A stretch of 30,003 nucleotides of DNA, taken from Campylobacterota bacterium. GTDB lineage: Bacteria; Campylobacterota; Campylobacteria; Campylobacterales; Sulfurovaceae. The DNA lies in assembly GCA_034722955.1 (NCBI GenBank), contig JAYEOM010000129.1, forward strand, positions 1 to 30,003, given 5' to 3'. The notes beneath the pieces are model-generated. The model saw only the letters and a list, made by a program, of their open reading frames with translations, searched no databases and was not told the DNA's origin. Position 1 is the stretch's first letter, and every line of letters begins with the position of its first letter. Positions 1 through 9,372 of this stretch are shown here, in pieces. A program made the position numbers and the translations under genes.

Positions 1-246
1 TTAGAGATTTTGACAGATACAAGAGAGGAACTGATCAAGCTCCTTCATCAAAAATTGACAGTAGAGCATAAAGCATTTTTACTTGGATTCAAAAAAGGAG
101 ATCCTGATTGGGGTCTATTGCCGTTCGAGAATATTTATCAACTTCCATCAGTAAAGTGGAAAATGCTAAATCTGGAAAAAATGGACAAGACGAAACGTTT
201 AGAAGCTTTTGAAAAGTTGGAACGTAGTTTGAGTACCTCCAACTAA
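1..246 (+). CDS. C-terminal part of a nucleotidyltransferase AbiEii/AbiGii-family toxin (5' end outside the window)
   Basis: Frame 1 is open from base 1 to the TAA ending at 246. The segment 'LT.EHKAFLLGFKKGDPDWGLL....IYQLPSVKWKMLNLEKM' resembles C-termini of AbiEii-family proteins. It lies next to a tRNA 3' end. Confidence 0.7.
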   Translation, partial: LEILTDTREELIKLLHQKLTVEHKAFLLGFKKGDPDWGLLPFENIYQLPSVKWKMLNLEKMDKTKRLEAFEKLERSLSTSN

Positions 247-285
247 ATTGATATGGGTTGATAATAATCGACAGTAGTTTTTTAA

Positions 286-308
286 AAAGTGGCACCTAAA
301 GTGGCACC
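286..308. repeat. Tandem 11-bp direct repeat AAAGTGGCACC (286-296, 298-308), candidate integrase arm-type sites
   Basis: The exact repeat is visible about 70 bp from the tRNA 3' end. The arm-site role is inferred from position. Confidence 0.55.
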
Positions 309-379
309 CAAGACAATACTTAAGCGTAAAAAGAAAAACTTATAAGTGGAGTATGAGTCGTATTTTAGGGCTATATTAA

Positions 380-455
380 TGGTGGAGAATAACGGGATCG
401 AACCGTCGACCTCTTCGCTGCCAGCGAAGCGCTCTCCCAGCTGAGCTAATTCCCC
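380..455 (-). tRNA. tRNA-Ala(GGC)
   Basis: Reverse complement is GGGGAATTAGCTCAGCTGGGAGAGCGCTTCGCTGGCAGCGAAGAGGTCGACGGTTCGATCCCGTTATTCTCCACCA: 76-nt cloverleaf, anticodon GGC, G3:U70 pair, TTCGA loop, encoded CCA. Confidence 0.97.
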
Positions 456-474
456 ATGAGTTGGAAGTGACGAA

Positions 475-483
475 ATTTTAGCA
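475..483 (-). promoter_or_regulatory. Extended -10 promoter (TGCTAAAAT) of tRNA-Ala
   Basis: TGnTAAAAT about 20 nt upstream of the tRNA 5' end, matching the Campylobacterota RpoD pattern. Confidence 0.55.
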
Positions 484-515
484 TAAGTTGTTTAAACCTA
501 TACTATAGAGGTAGA

Positions 516-797
516 TTAACTTCGCTCTGTAATCTCTAAGAGGTGATAGCCAAACTGTGTCTTTACAGGACCATGGACTACTCCTACCTCATCACTGAAT
601 ACTACCTTGTCAAACTCCGGTACCATCTGACCTTGAGAGAAAGTTCCCAAATCGCCACCCTTGACACCCGATGGGCATAGTGAGTGATCTCTAGCTGCCT
701 CTTTGAATGTTGTTTTGCCTGAGACTATCTGCTCTTTGAGATCTAAGCATTTACTCTCATCGTTTACCAATATATGTTTTGCACTTGCTGTTGCCAT
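516..797 (-). CDS. ppiC: Parvulin-type peptidyl-prolyl cis-trans isomerase
   Basis: ASAKHILV, HSLCPSG..GGDLG.F..GQMVPEFD and GPVKTQFGYHL motifs. Start set at MATASA, with AAGGA upstream. Confidence 0.92.
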   Translation of the reverse strand: MATASAKHILVNDESKCLDLKEQIVSGKTTFKEAARDHSLCPSGVKGGDLGTFSQGQMVPEFDKVVFSDEVGVVHGPVKTQFGYHLLEITERS

Positions 798-813
798 TCT
801 CTTTTCCTTTTGA

Positions 814-1800
814 TTATTTTGCATTGAAGAGGTACTGATGTGCCTCTTTTTTCTCTGCGAATGGAGAGATAGTCAACACTTCATCTCCCACCTCTACATC
901 ATAACTCTCACTAGCAGAGCTTCGTGCATAAGTCATCGCTATCTTAGCAGATAAAGCTTTGTCTTCTCTTGTAGCACTTCGATTCAGCAGAGAGAAGGGT
1001 CCTGCTATAGGGAGTTTGACTCTGATATACTTATCACTTTGTATATTTTGCAAACCTTCGTTATCCTCTTGGTTCCTGCCTACTATAAGTTTGGCTCCAT
1101 CGGGAAGTCTAAAGTGTCGTCCAAACTTCAATAGATCTATCTCCCCTGCTGTCAGATCGTCATGGGCTACAAACTCTCTGATGCGATCGCTGAAATGCTC
1201 CTCTGTCAAGAGACATCCGCCTCCGGGACTCTCATAATCTTCCCAGCCATACTTTTTGGCCAAAGCAAGCTGCTCTTCTCTACTCCTGCCTGAGATACTA
1301 TGGAGTTGTTCTCTATCAACCCACCCCTCTATCTCAGGGGTTGTCGGCTCCATCAGCTTGGCTGACATCGGACGCAATATAAGTTTGTCATCTTTGTCTT
1401 CTGCCAGCTTGGTCACCTGTTTGATCGCATCTGACCTTTGACTCATAGGTCTTTGACCGACCACTTCGCCTGTGATGAGAAATGAGGCATCATATCTCTC
1501 CATCAGACCTCTGGCAATCTTGAACATGTAGCCATGACAATCGATGCATGGATTGAAGTTTTTCCCATACCCGTAAACAGGATCGAAAAGTATCTTCTCT
1601 ATATACTCCTCTCGCACATCGACTATCTCCATCATCGCACCAGCCCTCTTGGCACGCTCGCTCATCAGCTGGGAGATATCTTTGGTTCCGCCAAATCCTG
1701 TCTTGATATGTATCGCTATGACATCTATGCCCTGGTCTACGATCGCTCTGATCGCCAACATACTGTCAAGTCCTCCGCTAAATAGTGCTAAAGCTCTCAT
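814..1800 (-). CDS. PP-loop ATPase, ThiI/MnmA-like putative tRNA-modifying enzyme (Cj1633-like)
   Basis: SGGLDS PP-loop, NPCIDCH, TGEVVGQRPMSQ, GGGCLLT and a C-terminal GRHFRL...VGRN..DN segment. Confidence 0.75.
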   Translation of the reverse strand: MRALALFSGGLDSMLAIRAIVDQGIDVIAIHIKTGFGGTKDISQLMSERAKRAGAMMEIVDVREEYIEKILFDPVYGYGKNFNPCIDCHGYMFKIARGLMERYDASFLITGEVVGQRPMSQRSDAIKQVTKLAEDKDDKLILRPMSAKLMEPTTPEIEGWVDREQLHSISGRSREEQLALAKKYGWEDYESPGGGCLLTEEHFSDRIREFVAHDDLTAGEIDLLKFGRHFRLPDGAKLIVGRNQEDNEGLQNIQSDKYIRVKLPIAGPFSLLNRSATREDKALSAKIAMTYARSSASESYDVEVGDEVLTISPFAEKKEAHQYLFNAK

Positions 1801-3439
1801 AGGCTACCAACTCCCCTCGTTTTAATCTTGGCATTATATCCATTTTTATTTTATGCATCAAAAAACTTTTTTTCTTATAAGATAGAGATCCATCCTGTAT
1901 GATCTTTTGGTACTGCATTTTATAATAGGTAGTAAGCATCCATAACAGGCTTTTTTTGAACTCCTCTTCACTCATCGTCTGTATGCTATCATCTATAGCC
2001 AGCCCCATTAGTAGAGGGTGTTCTCTCTCTTCTCTCAAGAGTACTTCAAAAAGCTCCTGATAGTCACCAAACATACTACTATCGATCACATTGAGCAGAT
2101 CATCTATAAGAGTAGGTTTCTCAAGCAGTGTCTTAAAGATACTAAGCTGCTCGATATCTTCTCTTCTCTGGCTAAATTGCTCATGAACATTGGAGAGTTT
2201 GGCATCTTTGGAGAAGAGCACTGGAGAGAGTCCCAGATAGGTAGCTGCTATAGGGATATAGGCATCTTGCATGATTTGACTCAGAGTGGAGAGAAAGCTC
2301 TTTACCATGGCAAATGCTGCCTCCTTTGCACGAGGATCAGAGAGGTCGTAGCTATGAGAGATAGCTTCTATCGCAAAAGGGATGAGAGGCTTCGCTTCTC
2401 TGAGGAGTTTTGCTACGACTTCACTCTCTCCGCTGGCTATCATATCTGCTGGGTCTTGCCCATCGGGAAATAGAACAACCCCACCATCAAATCCGCCTGA
2501 ACTAAGCATCTGTGCTGCCTTGAGTGCTGCGGCTACTCCTGCTTTGTCACCATCATACGCTAGTATGATTTTTGGATCTCCTTTACGCAGGAGAGGGAGA
2601 TGCTCGGCTGTTAGTGCTGTTCCTAGAGTTGCCACTGCCTCTTTGAATCCTGCCTGATGAAACATGATCACATCGAGATACCCTTCGCAAACGATAAGCT
2701 TTTTATTGGCATAGATATGATCTTTTGCTCTGTGATATCCATATAGAAGACGCGATTTGTTAAATAGTTTGGTTTGTGGAGAGTTGATATATTTGGCAGG
2801 GTGATTAGTGAGTGTTCGCCCTCCAAACCCTACGATGGAGCCATTGGATGAGTAGATAGGAAATGTAACTCTCTCTACCAATCGTGCGTAGAACTCTCCA
2901 TGCTCACCTTTGGCTATGATGCCTGCCTCTTCAGCTTTGGGGAGGGGGAAAAGCTGACTGTTTAGGAGAGTCATTACCTCTTGACCTCTGCCGACATAGC
3001 CGATCTCAAATGCTTCGATCGAACTATTGCTTATCCCTCGATCGTGTAGATACTTTTTGGCAGATTCATTAAAATCAAGGTTTTTGACATACCACTTTTG
3101 TATAGACTCCAATATACGCTTAGATTCACTATAGTCACTGCTTCCTTTGGTATATTGCAGAGAAAAGTTATAGAGTGAAGCGAGCTTCTCTATAGCCTCT
3201 GGATAACTCAGTTTTTCGATCTCCATCACAAACTTGATGCCATCTCCCCCTGCACCGCACCCAAAACAGTGATATATCTGCTTTGAGGGGCTGACTACAA
3301 AACTAGGGGTCTTCTCCCCATGGAAAGGACAGTTTGCCTTGTAGTTGGCACCAGCTTTTCTAAGCTCCAGATAATTGCCTACTACATCAATGATATCGAT
3401 ACTGCTTTTGAGAGATTCTATGGATGCATTGTCTATCAT
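1778..3439 (-). CDS. dnaG: DNA primase
   Basis: CPFH...CFGC zinc finger, GFGGR, KYINSPQT and Toprim motifs CEGYLD / AYDGDKAG. Start set at MIDNAS. Confidence 0.97.
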   Translation of the reverse strand: MIDNASIESLKSSIDIIDVVGNYLELRKAGANYKANCPFHGEKTPSFVVSPSKQIYHCFGCGAGGDGIKFVMEIEKLSYPEAIEKLASLYNFSLQYTKGSSDYSESKRILESIQKWYVKNLDFNESAKKYLHDRGISNSSIEAFEIGYVGRGQEVMTLLNSQLFPLPKAEEAGIIAKGEHGEFYARLVERVTFPIYSSNGSIVGFGGRTLTNHPAKYINSPQTKLFNKSRLLYGYHRAKDHIYANKKLIVCEGYLDVIMFHQAGFKEAVATLGTALTAEHLPLLRKGDPKIILAYDGDKAGVAAALKAAQMLSSGGFDGGVVLFPDGQDPADMIASGESEVVAKLLREAKPLIPFAIEAISHSYDLSDPRAKEAAFAMVKSFLSTLSQIMQDAYIPIAATYLGLSPVLFSKDAKLSNVHEQFSQRREDIEQLSIFKTLLEKPTLIDDLLNVIDSSMFGDYQELFEVLLREEREHPLLMGLAIDDSIQTMSEEEFKKSLLWMLTTYYKMQYQKIIQDGSLSYKKKSFLMHKIKMDIMPRLKRGELVAYESFSTI

Positions 3440-3492
3440 GGAGTGCATTATAACCAAAATGGAGACATCCTGAGGTATAATATCAATAATTC

Positions 3493-3551
3493 AACCCGAA
3501 ATATGCAATGATGAATGCTAGTTTAGTAACCTCTATTGTATATTTAGGGTT
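3493..3551. repeat. Palindromic intergenic repeat, copy A (MITE-like)
   Basis: Terminal inverted repeat AACCCGAAATATGCAAT / ATTGTATATTTAGGGTT (15/17). Its reverse complement matches 14806-14852 at 42/47. Confidence 0.75.
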
Positions 3552-3579
3552 CAAAATCTTTGCCATAGGAAAGCTCACA

Positions 3580-4623
3580 GTGGATAGCATTCTCCTCTCA
3601 TATCGGGATCCTCTTTTTAGTATTCTGCTTATCATCACTTTGAGTTTGATGATCGCAGTACTTACCTATATATGGGGTATATACAGACAAGAGAAAGAGA
3701 AGAGTACACTACAGAAGTTTTTAGAGAAGTTTGAGAGTGCAGAGTGTGCATTTGATACTAAAACCATGCCTTTTGATGTTGCTATGTACAGGCCGCTTGC
3801 TCTTCTAGCCAAAGCATTTGAAAATAGTGGAGAGTATCATAAATCCATAAATATATATCTATATCTCATAAAACATACACAAAACCCCGTAGACAAAGGG
3901 GATTTGATGGAGAGACTAGGGCAGACCTATCTCCATGCCGGTTTCCTAGAGAGAGCTAGGACGATCTTTGCAGAGGTGCTTCACAAGCGTCCACGCAACT
4001 CAGCAGTACTCTATCAGCTGGGGATAGTCTATGAGATGATGCAGCAGTATGACAAAGCACTGGAGGTCATAGAGCCACTGCAGCTTATGGGGGAAGAGAC
4101 AAGAGAGCTTGAAAAGTTTCTCCATTTTGAAAAAGTTGCCGTAGACAAAAGTATCTTGCCAGAACAAAAAATCGATATGTTCATAGTGCTACTTAACGAA
4201 GAGCCTACACTCTATAGGCCTATCCTCTCTCTGCTCTTTCGTCTGGATACCGATAAGGCTTGGGCTCAAATAGATAGAAGCTCTCTGCATAGCATACTCG
4301 ATATTTTGTGGTTTTTGCCATATTCACAACTCGATTTGGATATAATCTCTGAAGAACCATCTCTCTTGGCTATATATTTTGCCAAGGGTTATTTGGAAGA
4401 GCCATCTCAAAAGAGCGGTATTTTTGCGATCGATCTGCTCGCAGCAGGAAGAATCAACGGTTTCGAAGAGGGAGATCTGCTCTTTAGTTATCTCTGCAAA
4501 AGATGCAAACAGAGCTTTCCTGTACCTTTCGCCCGATGTCCCAACTGTCTAGCACTCAACACCATAGAGGTCGAGGAAAATATCGGAAAAAAACAGACTC
4601 AAACAGATTACTCTCTACTCTAA
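3580..4623 (+). CDS. Membrane-anchored TPR protein with C-terminal CxxC-CxxC zinc/rubredoxin finger (LapB-like)
   Basis: N-terminal TM helix, TPR-like helices (LGQTYLHAGFLERA), C-terminal CKRC...CPNC. GTG start at 3580 with AGGA RBS. Confidence 0.75.
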   Translation: MDSILLSYRDPLFSILLIITLSLMIAVLTYIWGIYRQEKEKSTLQKFLEKFESAECAFDTKTMPFDVAMYRPLALLAKAFENSGEYHKSINIYLYLIKHTQNPVDKGDLMERLGQTYLHAGFLERARTIFAEVLHKRPRNSAVLYQLGIVYEMMQQYDKALEVIEPLQLMGEETRELEKFLHFEKVAVDKSILPEQKIDMFIVLLNEEPTLYRPILSLLFRLDTDKAWAQIDRSSLHSILDILWFLPYSQLDLDIISEEPSLLAIYFAKGYLEEPSQKSGIFAIDLLAAGRINGFEEGDLLFSYLCKRCKQSFPVPFARCPNCLALNTIEVEENIGKKQTQTDYSLL

Positions 4624-4624
4624 T
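4583..4624 (+). pseudogene. Probable vestige of the rnhA (RNase HI) 5' end overlapping the end of the TPR gene
   Basis: The alternative frame reads SEKNRLKQITLYSN, resembling the RNase HI N-terminal strand that precedes DGS. This is where rnhA sits in C. jejuni (TPR-rnhA-rnc-aroC). Confidence 0.45.
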
Positions 4625-4674
4625 AGAGAAGATTCAAGGATCATTAAGATAAAATATCCTAATAGGAGCAAAAT

Positions 4675-5343
4675 ATGATAGAGTACCAGAGACTTGAAGA
4701 GAGACTTGACTACACCTTCAAAAGCAAACAGTTGATCATAGAAGCTTTAACACATAAAAGCTATACAAAACCCTACAACAATGAACGGTTAGAGTTTTTG
4801 GGTGATGCTGTATTGGATCTTATTGTTGGCGAATTTCTATTTCATAAATTTCCAAATTCAGATGAGGGTGTACTCTCCAAGATCAGAGCCTCCCTCGTCA
4901 ATGAGAGAGGTTTTACACTAATAGCACGAAATATAGATCTGGGAAATTTCATCTACCTCTCTCCTGCAGAGGAGAATAATAACGGAAGAGACAAACCCTC
5001 TCTCCTATCCAATGCTTTTGAAGCTGTGATCGGAGCTATCTACTTAGAGGCTGGACTGGAAACTACAAAGAGTATCGCTATCAAACTTCTCAATGAGACT
5101 CACCAAAAGATAGATTTGGCATCACTATCCAAGGATTATAAGACAACACTCCAAGAGTTGACACAAGCGACACATGGTGTCACGCCTACCTACTCTCTAC
5201 TGCGATCTTTTGGTCCTGACCATAGGAAAGAGTTTGAAATAGCCATCATACTTGATGATGAGACCATCGCTACAGCACAAGGAAAGAGCAAGAAAGAGGC
5301 TCAACAGAGAGCTGCATATATCGCACTTGAAAGATTGAAATGA
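4675..5343 (+). CDS. rnc: Ribonuclease III
   Basis: [12 protein letters not shown] signature and C-terminal dsRBD (DYKTTLQE...GKSKKEAQQ). Confidence 0.98.
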   Translation: MIEYQRLEERLDYTFKSKQLIIEALTHKSYTKPYNNERLEFLGDAVLDLIVGEFLFHKFPNSDEGVLSKIRASLVNERGFTLIARNIDLGNFIYLSPAEENNNGRDKPSLLSNAFEAVIGAIYLEAGLETTKSIAIKLLNETHQKIDLASLSKDYKTTLQELTQATHGVTPTYSLLRSFGPDHRKEFEIAIILDDETIATAQGKSKKEAQQRAAYIALERLK

Positions 5344-6413
5344 ATACATTTGGCAAAAAATTAACATTGACAACCTTTGGGGAGTCTCATGGCAAAGCAC
5401 TAGGGTGCATCCTAGAAGGAGTTCCGGCAGGACTATCTATCGATGAGGGATTTATACAGAGTGAGCTAGATAGGAGAAAACCTGGTAAAAGTCCACTGGA
5501 AACCGGGAGAAAAGAGGATGATCGTGTAGAGATACTATCGGGAACTTTTGAGGGTTTGAGTACCGGCACACCCATCGCTATGGTGATCTTCAATACCAAC
5601 CAAAAGAGCAGAGATTATGACTCCATCAAAGATCTTTTTCGTCCAGGGCATGCAGACTTCACCTACTATCACAAATATGGTATCAGAGATTATCGTGGTG
5701 GGGGTCGATCCTCTGCTAGGGAGACGGCTGCACGAGTTGCCGGCGGTGCGATCGCCAAGCTCCTGCTGAAGCAGATAGGTGTAGTTATCCGTTCCGGCGT
5801 TTGTGAAGTTGATGGGATCAGTGCAGAGAGATTTGATTTTGATCATGCAAAAACCAGTAAGATGATGGCACTCGATCCTGACAAAGAGCCTCTACAGACA
5901 GAAGCGATACTTCAAGCCAAAAACAACCATGATTCAGTAGGTGGTGTTGTACTCACCACCGCTACAGGTCTGCCTATAGGATTGGGAGAGCCCCTCTACT
6001 ATAAGCTAGATGCTATCTTGGCAGAGGCTATGATGGGAATCAATGCAGCAAAAGCTGTCGAGATCGGTGATGGCATAGCCACTAGTCATATGAGAGGATC
6101 AGAAAACAATGATCCCATCAGAAGAGATGGGTTCAAAAGCAACCATTCAGGGGGTATTTTGGGTGGTATCAGCAATGGTGACACTCTGATAGTCAAAACC
6201 CACTTCAAGCCGACACCCTCTATATTTCAAGCTCAACAGACTATAAACAGAGATGGAGAAGAGGTTGTCTGTGAACTCAAAGGTCGCCATGATCCTTGTG
6301 TTGCATTGCGTGGGGCTGTAGTCTGTGAAGCTATGACGGCACTAGTACTTGCTGATATGACACTGCTCAATATGGGAAGCAAAATAGATCATTTGAAAGC
6401 AATATATACTTAA
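5340..6413 (+). CDS. aroC: Chorismate synthase
   Basis: [26 protein letters not shown] and GRHDPCV motifs. Confidence 0.98.
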   Translation: MNTFGKKLTLTTFGESHGKALGCILEGVPAGLSIDEGFIQSELDRRKPGKSPLETGRKEDDRVEILSGTFEGLSTGTPIAMVIFNTNQKSRDYDSIKDLFRPGHADFTYYHKYGIRDYRGGGRSSARETAARVAGGAIAKLLLKQIGVVIRSGVCEVDGISAERFDFDHAKTSKMMALDPDKEPLQTEAILQAKNNHDSVGGVVLTTATGLPIGLGEPLYYKLDAILAEAMMGINAAKAVEIGDGIATSHMRGSENNDPIRRDGFKSNHSGGILGGISNGDTLIVKTHFKPTPSIFQAQQTINRDGEEVVCELKGRHDPCVALRGAVVCEAMTALVLADMTLLNMGSKIDHLKAIYT

Positions 6414-6456
6414 ACCAAATAGGATGAGGTTTTACTCACACAAAAAGGAATATAAC

Positions 6457-7782
6457 ATGAAAAAAATACTTAGCATTGCAGCTGTGCTGTTTGTAGCACT
6501 GCTGGGCTACTACACTATTTTTGGCTCAGGTCAAGTCATCGAACTGCTCAAAAAACAGGTTGACGCAAAGGTGCAGACTCTACAGCAAAATGGTTTCTCT
6601 ATCGAAGAGAGAAGAGTAGAAGATAAGAGTGAACACTTTGTCATACACTACAGAGACCCAGTTATGATAAGTCGCTATCTCCAGAGTCAAAAAGTCGATA
6701 TCACTGCAGAAGAGGCAGAGGTATACAGGGGTTTGAAAATTGCTATGGATATCACATATCTTGAGGGTATATATAGTGCAATCTCTGCCGATATCTACCC
6801 TGTAGCTTTCCCGCATTCCGTTGCGACAGAGGCGACACCCCAAGAGAAGAAGATGTTGACTAAAGTTATTGAGGAGAAGATCTTTCTCGCCCATATAGAT
6901 ATCAATAAACTCTTCACTGACTTCAAAGGCTATCTCAAAGATATAGAGACCACTTTTGATGGAGAAGATCCTCTCACTCTAGTCTGCAAGGGGTTTAAGT
7001 TTGATGGCAGCTATGATGACAAAAGACTCTCTTCATCCAGCAATGAGATCAAGAGAGTTGCACTCCAAACAAAAAGCGGAGGCAAATTTCTCCTAGAGAA
7101 ACTCGAAGGGGAGTATGAGATAGAGGGCAAAAGCAGCTATGACTTCAAGTCTCAATACAGTATAAAAAGTCTACTTCTGCGTGATGAAGATGAGATGGGT
7201 GTCACACTAGATAAGTTGGCATTCAAATCATCAGGAGAGGCTAAAAAAGGTTTTGCCTCTTCAAAGTTCAAATTTGAACTTGATAGTATAGATATCAAGG
7301 AGGCCAAAGGGATGCATTTTTTTGAGAAGATTACATCTAAAAGCTCTATCGAAAATATCTCTATTGCGGCAGTAGAAAAAATGCAAAAACTCGATAGCAA
7401 TGATACTGAGGGTTTCAATGCAGCATTCAAAGAGATGTTGGCAGAAGGGATCACACTGAGAGTAGATGAACTCTCTGCAAAAAAAGTAAGAGATTCCAAA
7501 AGTGGAGAGATGATAGATGGTTTTGATATCAATACTCTCGTCAAGATCGATAAAGTTACTGACTTTAAACACTTGGAAGAGAATCCTTTTGCTATACTAG
7601 AGATCATAGATGCAACTATGCATATGGAGTTTTCAGACAAACTCTACCTAGCACTGCAGAAGAGACCTGAGCTTGCTATAGCAATGATCATCCTCACCCC
7701 TGTCTCCAAAGATGGGAAAATGATCTTTGATATAGAGTATAAAGATGGTGCTATGAAGATAAACGGAAAGCCGATACTATAA
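6457..7782 (+). CDS. Exported/membrane-anchored protein, possibly YdgA/DUF945-like
   Basis: MKK plus hydrophobic anchor, beta-rich body, C-terminal ...YKDGAMKINGKPIL typical of DUF945-like proteins. RBS AAGGA. Confidence 0.55.
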   Translation: MKKILSIAAVLFVALLGYYTIFGSGQVIELLKKQVDAKVQTLQQNGFSIEERRVEDKSEHFVIHYRDPVMISRYLQSQKVDITAEEAEVYRGLKIAMDITYLEGIYSAISADIYPVAFPHSVATEATPQEKKMLTKVIEEKIFLAHIDINKLFTDFKGYLKDIETTFDGEDPLTLVCKGFKFDGSYDDKRLSSSSNEIKRVALQTKSGGKFLLEKLEGEYEIEGKSSYDFKSQYSIKSLLLRDEDEMGVTLDKLAFKSSGEAKKGFASSKFKFELDSIDIKEAKGMHFFEKITSKSSIENISIAAVEKMQKLDSNDTEGFNAAFKEMLAEGITLRVDELSAKKVRDSKSGEMIDGFDINTLVKIDKVTDFKHLEENPFAILEIIDATMHMEFSDKLYLALQKRPELAIAMIILTPVSKDGKMIFDIEYKDGAMKINGKPIL

Positions 7783-7786
7783 AGGG

Positions 7787-7807
7787 TAGGAGTCTGACAG
7801 GCTCCTA
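7787..7807. terminator. Hairpin between convergent genes
   Basis: TAGGAGTC-TGACA-GGCTCCTA stem-loop. Confidence 0.5.
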
Positions 7808-7822
7808 AGGAGTCACTCTTGC

Positions 7823-9196
7823 TTAAAAAGTATAATTGACGATAAACCTCAAGTCTACAATATCATCATAAGCGTGTAACATGTCAAATCCATGCAGATC
7901 TTCATACGCTTTAAAATCATAATTTGTATCGAAATCTATATATGCAGCCTCTACCTTAAACTCTAGTTTTTTACTCCATTTTGGTCTATATTTGATGATA
8001 ATATCATACTCATGGTTATCTTGATCAGCAAAAATATCTGTTATTTTATTGGGTAGGTCGAAGCTTCCGGCAGAGAGTAGCAGAGTCAAATCGTAAGATG
8101 CAAAATCATACTCCAAAGAGAGATTGTGACCTGTAGTACCTCCTTGGTCAGCACCATTGTACATCATGCCACAGTAGAGCATAGCTCCACCCCATTCATC
8201 TATGATCGTTCCTCCATCCAGAGAGGATTCATCATATTTAACTCTGCTGAAAACATATTGAAGAGTAAAGTTATCGTAACTACTTTTCACCATCATGTCG
8301 TAAGCATAGGTATTGATCGTGCCTGCGACATGCTCTCCTACATCATCCTGTTTGACCCACTCTACTCCTACACTATTGGAGAAGCCCCCGCTCTGAAAGG
8401 TGTATGAGCCTATAGCATAAAAGATATTTATAAAATCAACAACATAGTGGTTCCACAACCCAAAATTTATCTGCCTATCTTTGTAGACTATAGATGCTAG
8501 ATAGAGATTCTCTTGTGGTCCGATATAGTTTCTATCACTGTCAAAATAGGCTGGATTGTAGTCACCTCGTATTGGATTTCTATCAACAGTCACCTCTCTG
8601 AGAAGATCTTTGGAAGCATTGACAAAATCTATATAATCAGTAGAGGCTAAACTCTTTACGCCTGATACAGCAGCCATACGAAGTGTGATATTTTCAAAAT
8701 CCCTATTTTCAAAGATAGCTGCCTCATAAGTATATGGTGTCATACGGATATCATGATCTGACAAAAAGCCATAATTGGTCAAGAGTTGTCTACCTACCTT
8801 GACTATCGTATTCTCATACTCCCACTTCGCAAATGCTTCACCCAATACACTATAGCCGTCTTGATTATCTTTGAGTAGCTGAAGCCCCCCCTCGTCTGTC
8901 GGATTGTGAAAAATGGGTTGTGATGTATAGAGAGTCGATCCTATACTCAGATGATGAAGAGTAGCACTTTCAAAACCAAAATATCCTCCCACTGCATGAG
9001 AGTTTTTCTGATACTTATGGTGCAGATCAAAACTGCCGGCAGAGTTTTTGACAAGCTCATCATAACTGCGATGCAGAGTGTAGTAGCGTAGTTGTGCTTT
9101 GTATTTCATCTCTCCTACGGCTTCAGACAATCTGTCGCTTGCCGGCAAAAAAACCGAGCTGATCAAAAGTAAACTTATAGTTATTGACTGTTTCAC
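7823..9196 (-). CDS. OprD-like outer-membrane porin
   Basis: Signal peptide, 'LGEAFAKW...VKVGRQ' and 'DIRMTP.TYEA' segments, C-terminal DLRFIVNYTF barrel signal. GTG start with AAAGGA RBS. Confidence 0.75.
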   Translation of the reverse strand: MKQSITISLLLISSVFLPASDRLSEAVGEMKYKAQLRYYTLHRSYDELVKNSAGSFDLHHKYQKNSHAVGGYFGFESATLHHLSIGSTLYTSQPIFHNPTDEGGLQLLKDNQDGYSVLGEAFAKWEYENTIVKVGRQLLTNYGFLSDHDIRMTPYTYEAAIFENRDFENITLRMAAVSGVKSLASTDYIDFVNASKDLLREVTVDRNPIRGDYNPAYFDSDRNYIGPQENLYLASIVYKDRQINFGLWNHYVVDFINIFYAIGSYTFQSGGFSNSVGVEWVKQDDVGEHVAGTINTYAYDMMVKSSYDNFTLQYVFSRVKYDESSLDGGTIIDEWGGAMLYCGMMYNGADQGGTTGHNLSLEYDFASYDLTLLLSAGSFDLPNKITDIFADQDNHEYDIIIKYRPKWSKKLEFKVEAAYIDFDTNYDFKAYEDLHGFDMLHAYDDIVDLRFIVNYTF

Positions 9197-9372
9197 AAGA
9201 GATCCTTTCTTGGTCAAAAATACTTTTATCAATTTTACAGGATTCTACTTCTGTTTTAGTTGATATTGAACCTACATGTCACAATTATAACTATAAGATA
9301 ATATTAATTTAAGAAATATTTTTGCTTACTTTTTATAGAATACAGGATAACCAATCCAAAGAGAGGCTAAAA

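Noticed and set aside
290..316. TGGCAC as a sigma-54 -24 box
   Set aside because: Neither copy has TTGC at the required spacing.
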